Virus record (IMG/VR): IMGVR_UViG_3300036760_000945
Location: 18,852-82,851 of that record
Length of the DNA: 64,000 bases
Origin: a virus
Direction: 5' to 3' (one strand)
Shown: in pieces, positions 61,012 through 64,000 of the stretch
How the letters are laid out: every line of letters begins with the position of its first letter
How positions within the stretch are numbered: the first letter of the stretch is position 1
Translations under genes and position numbers: made by a program
Notes under the pieces: generated by a model
The model's input: the letters and a program-made list of their open reading frames with translations, nothing else
The model's database searches: none
Told to the model about the DNA's origin: nothing

Positions 61012-61584
61012 ATGAGCGGACAAGGCAAAAGAGTTAGCGAACTACCGAAAGAACTCCAAGGTTTCTTCGCGCCCCAAGGCGGAGTAAAAGAGCCAAATGA
61101 GCCAGTTTATTCAAAGTTCACTCCCAGTTTTACGTTTGACTATATGATGTTCGAGCGCATCCTTGAGCATGGCTGGTATAAGGACCTGGAGGCACTGCGC
61201 AAGTACCTCAAGGCTGCGGTCGGGTACTACTGGGATATGAATGTGTTTAGGTTTTCGGATATCTATGGCCACGAATATTCGTTTGGCGTTTGCCTGGGCG
61301 CCGGAAAGCAACTAGGCAAAGATACAGTAACCATCTTCTCTGCTACGGGCAGCCACAATCTAGGCACATTCCTCATTGAGCCTGGTGTGACCAAGAAGCT
61401 CCTCAAAATAGCCGAGAAGTATACCGAGGGATTCTGCGCCTGTTCCCTGTGCGGGGAAATGATAAAGAAAGTGGATATTGCGGGCAGCTATTTCGGCGGA
61501 TGTTACTGTGTAAGCTGCTGGGAGACAGGCTATCAAGGCCATGAGTCAATGAAGGCGGTTGAGGCCAGAGAGAGCTACAATTAA
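61012..61584 (+). CDS. Hypothetical protein with C-terminal zinc finger
   Basis: CSLC..CVSCW; AAGGAG RBS. Confidence 0.65.
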   Translation: MSGQGKRVSELPKELQGFFAPQGGVKEPNEPVYSKFTPSFTFDYMMFERILEHGWYKDLEALRKYLKAAVGYYWDMNVFRFSDIYGHEYSFGVCLGAGKQLGKDTVTIFSATGSHNLGTFLIEPGVTKKLLKIAEKYTEGFCACSLCGEMIKKVDIAGSYFGGCYCVSCWETGYQGHESMKAVEARESYN

Positions 61585-61662
61585 GGAGAAAACCATGAAC
61601 AGTACTCTATCCCAACTGCCACTCTCAGACAGATACATACAAGGGCAAGAACAGGAGAAAAA

Positions 61663-62240
61663 ATGTTCACTAGCATTGGAGGCTCGGGTGTCGGCGGAAT
61701 ATTCTTTACTGCCGACACCCACTGAATTTTGGCCACACTAACATTTTGAAATACTGCAATCGTCCCTTCCACAGTATATGGGATATGGACGAGACGCTTA
61801 TCTCACGCTGGAATAATGAGGTTGGAGAGAAGGACGAAATCTACTGCCTTGGCGATTTCTGCTTTGGCAATCCCGTGAAATATCTTACGCGCCTTAGCGG
61901 GATCATCCATATCGTTCCCGGCTCTCACGATAGGGAGCTTCTGCACAAAAAAGAGTTCGCTTATTGGCTATGCCCACCGCTGTTCTCGATTGCACCAGAG
62001 GAACTTATAGATGAATATGGCAAACAGCGCACGATTACTCTTTGCCACTACTCGATGAGAAGCTGGCCCAGGTCGCACTATGCTTCCTGGCATCTCTGGG
62101 GACATTCTCATGGCCGGCTGGAGCCTTATGGCCTTTCCTTCGATGTAGGCGTAGACAGCCACGACCTCAGGCCCTGGTCACTCGAGGAAGTCCAAGAGAA
62201 GATGAAGACACTGCGTCCTATTGTCGATCTCCGCAAATGA
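61663..62240 (+). pseudogene. Calcineurin-like metallophosphoesterase interrupted by stop/frameshift at 61723-61727
   Basis: IFFTADTH* in one frame; FGHTNILKYCNRPF..LGDF..GSHD..CHY..GHSH in another. Confidence 0.75.
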
Positions 62241-62536
62241 CAGTACCCCCACTGAGGAGGGCAGCGGGGGCACGGTCTAAGGAGGTCGCAGCCGCAGAAG
62301 AAAGGAGTAAACTTCTGTGGCAGGACATGATTATACCACAAGGAGGTAGAAAATGTTTACAAGACTTTGTGAGATATGTCGAGAAGACTCAGCAGTTATT
62401 CAGTGTGACAACCTGCTGTGGCTGTGCAAAAATTGTGCCATAAGCGCAGGCTATGACTACCAGGTTTATGATCTGCCAGATAAGCCCGACGAAGATGAGG
62501 AAGAGGAAGAAGACGACGAAGAAAGCGAGGATAGTG

Positions 62537-62782
62537 ATGAATACGAAAGTGAAACACAACCGTGGTGAGGTGCTAGAATATATTATTCGCTGTTGGGAGT
62601 ATAAACATTTCCCTCCATCAACAAGAGAGATCTGTACCTTCTGTGGTGTCTCCTCAACTTCCGCGACGAGGCACATCTTGAGAGCGCTTGAGCGCGAGGG
62701 GAGCCTTATTTTACTTCCAGGAATATCGCGGGGCATCATACCCACAGGTATTGCCATTTCGGTTTCCAAGTCGGAGGAGTAA
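62537..62782 (+). CDS. LexA-type DNA-binding domain protein (no peptidase domain)
   Basis: FPPSTREIC..GVSSTS..LRALEREG..SRGI. Confidence 0.85.
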   Translation: MNTKVKHNRGEVLEYIIRCWEYKHFPPSTREICTFCGVSSTSATRHILRALEREGSLILLPGISRGIIPTGIAISVSKSEE

Positions 62783-63241
62783 ATGACCAAAGGAGTTCAG
62801 CTCCATCTTTGGATTCTAAATGAGAAGCGGTATTACAGGGGACTGGGCGTCGTCTCTGGAGAGACGCTTGCGGAGGCCGTTGCAAAGTATGGCAAGGTAG
62901 CATATAAGCAGGGCTTTACAAAATATAGACCAGATGGTAGCTTCGGCTACTACGAAGACGAGAAAGGCAGAAGACTTTACGCCAGCTTCAAGAAGAGGAG
63001 ACCATGAAACAGTCCTGGTACACAATCTATGCGAGGAAGATGGATTCTGATTTCGCGAGAGTTGCCCAACTTAAGGGGGAAAACCTAACAGAACTTGTAC
63101 TTTCCGCGCTCTGGTCCGTTTATGGGAAAGCCAATGTCTGCGGCCTGCAGGGTCGCTGGCCGAATAATGAGGTAAAGAGGCTTATAAAGACGGGGATGCC
63201 TCTTCCTCTTGCAGAGTAACCATGCAAACAAAGGAGAAACA

Positions 63242-63595
63242 ATGACAGTGTTGGTCGAAAACAAGAAACAACGCGTAAGCTATGGTGGAGTGTGGCCCAC
63301 GAAAGAGAGGCACCAGGTCCGCCATTATGAATGCGCGGGCGCACCCGAGTATCAAGTCGTGCTCAACAAAATGTATATCAACAACAAGAAGTGGCTCTAC
63401 TCTTGCACAATAGAAAGAAATATCGGCGATGTCATTGAGAGTTTCACTTTGCATATTGGCGGCAGTAACTACTGGGGAGGGAACAGACCGTGGGAATTTG
63501 CAGAGGGGCAGATAGGATACTACATCGCCCAATATCTAAAGGAGAAGGAAGGAGAACGGCCATGCCCAATAGAGAACCAACAGACGAAGAGCTAG
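63242..63595 (+). CDS. Hypothetical protein
   Basis: AAGGAG RBS. Confidence 0.55.
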   Translation: MTVLVENKKQRVSYGGVWPTKERHQVRHYECAGAPEYQVVLNKMYINNKKWLYSCTIERNIGDVIESFTLHIGGSNYWGGNRPWEFAEGQIGYYIAQYLKEKEGERPCPIENQQTKS

Positions 63596-63849
63596 AGAGA
63601 ATTAAAAACTGGGGACCGCTGGATCCGCGGGGGCTCATTGAGTTCATCAAGGACATTTGGTGGGAGCCTGACTGGGGCTTCAGACTGAAAGGCAAGCGAA
63701 TACTAAGGCTGGAGCTACACACTGGCGGCATGTCAGACAATGAGGCTATCATTGAAGCACTCCAGAGCAACTGGTTATTCTGGTCCCTATACTGGCGGCG
63801 CTCTGACTGTGGTGGGCACTATTACTTCAGGGTCTACCCACTTAAGTAG
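63562..63849 (+). CDS. Conserved phage protein
   Basis: HTGGMSDNE..FW..GGHYYF; AAGGAG RBS. Confidence 0.7.
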   Translation: MPNREPTDEELERIKNWGPLDPRGLIEFIKDIWWEPDWGFRLKGKRILRLELHTGGMSDNEAIIEALQSNWLFWSLYWRRSDCGGHYYFRVYPLK

Positions 63850-64000
63850 ATATCTGATATAATACAGGTGTACGAAAGAAGAATGAAACCATGATAAAGA
63901 ACATCTTCTCAAAGAAGAAGCACAAGATCGGAGAGAAATTTACTATTACGAATAGACGTACTGGCCAACAAATGGAGGCAACGGTTATCAGGGACTACGG

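Noticed and set aside
1-64000. Alternative genetic code or prophage boundaries
   Set aside because: Genes read through normally in code 11 with all three stops used; no integrase, att site or host genes in the window

Overview
Part of a tailed dsDNA phage genome (siphovirus-type). The SSB and GH25 lysin sequences suggest a Chloroflexota/Anaerolineae host, but this is inference. Positions 1-37.2 kb form a leftward (- strand) late operon: glycosyl/methyltransferase cluster, GH25 endolysin, terminase large subunit, portal, scaffold, major capsid, head-tail proteins, tail tube, frameshifted tail chaperones, a ~3000-aa tape measure protein (TMP) and tail-tip proteins. Positions 38-64 kb are a rightward early/middle region of many small genes (tRNA-Arg, SSB, ParB-like, PD-(D/E)XK nuclease, metallophosphoesterase, LexA-like), interrupted by two leftward genes (GT-B glycosyltransferase, probable TerS). 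No integrase, DNA polymerase, reverse transcriptase or CRISPR array was seen. Main findings: (1) the TerL intein has no in-frame endonuclease, but an intact HTH-HNH endonuclease gene is encoded antisense inside it and both frames stay open; (2) the N-terminal half of the TMP carries both motif sets of a two-barrel RNA polymerase (VGAKARGLGEK; RIP...GDLDRD), suggesting a virion RNAP-TMP fusion; (3) the TMP also has a C-terminal Hint domain lacking a +1 nucleophile; (4) two free-standing HNH genes sit in the 5' ends of genes and are followed by a synonymously recoded copy of the interrupted N-terminus. All calls are from reading the sequence; no database search was run.
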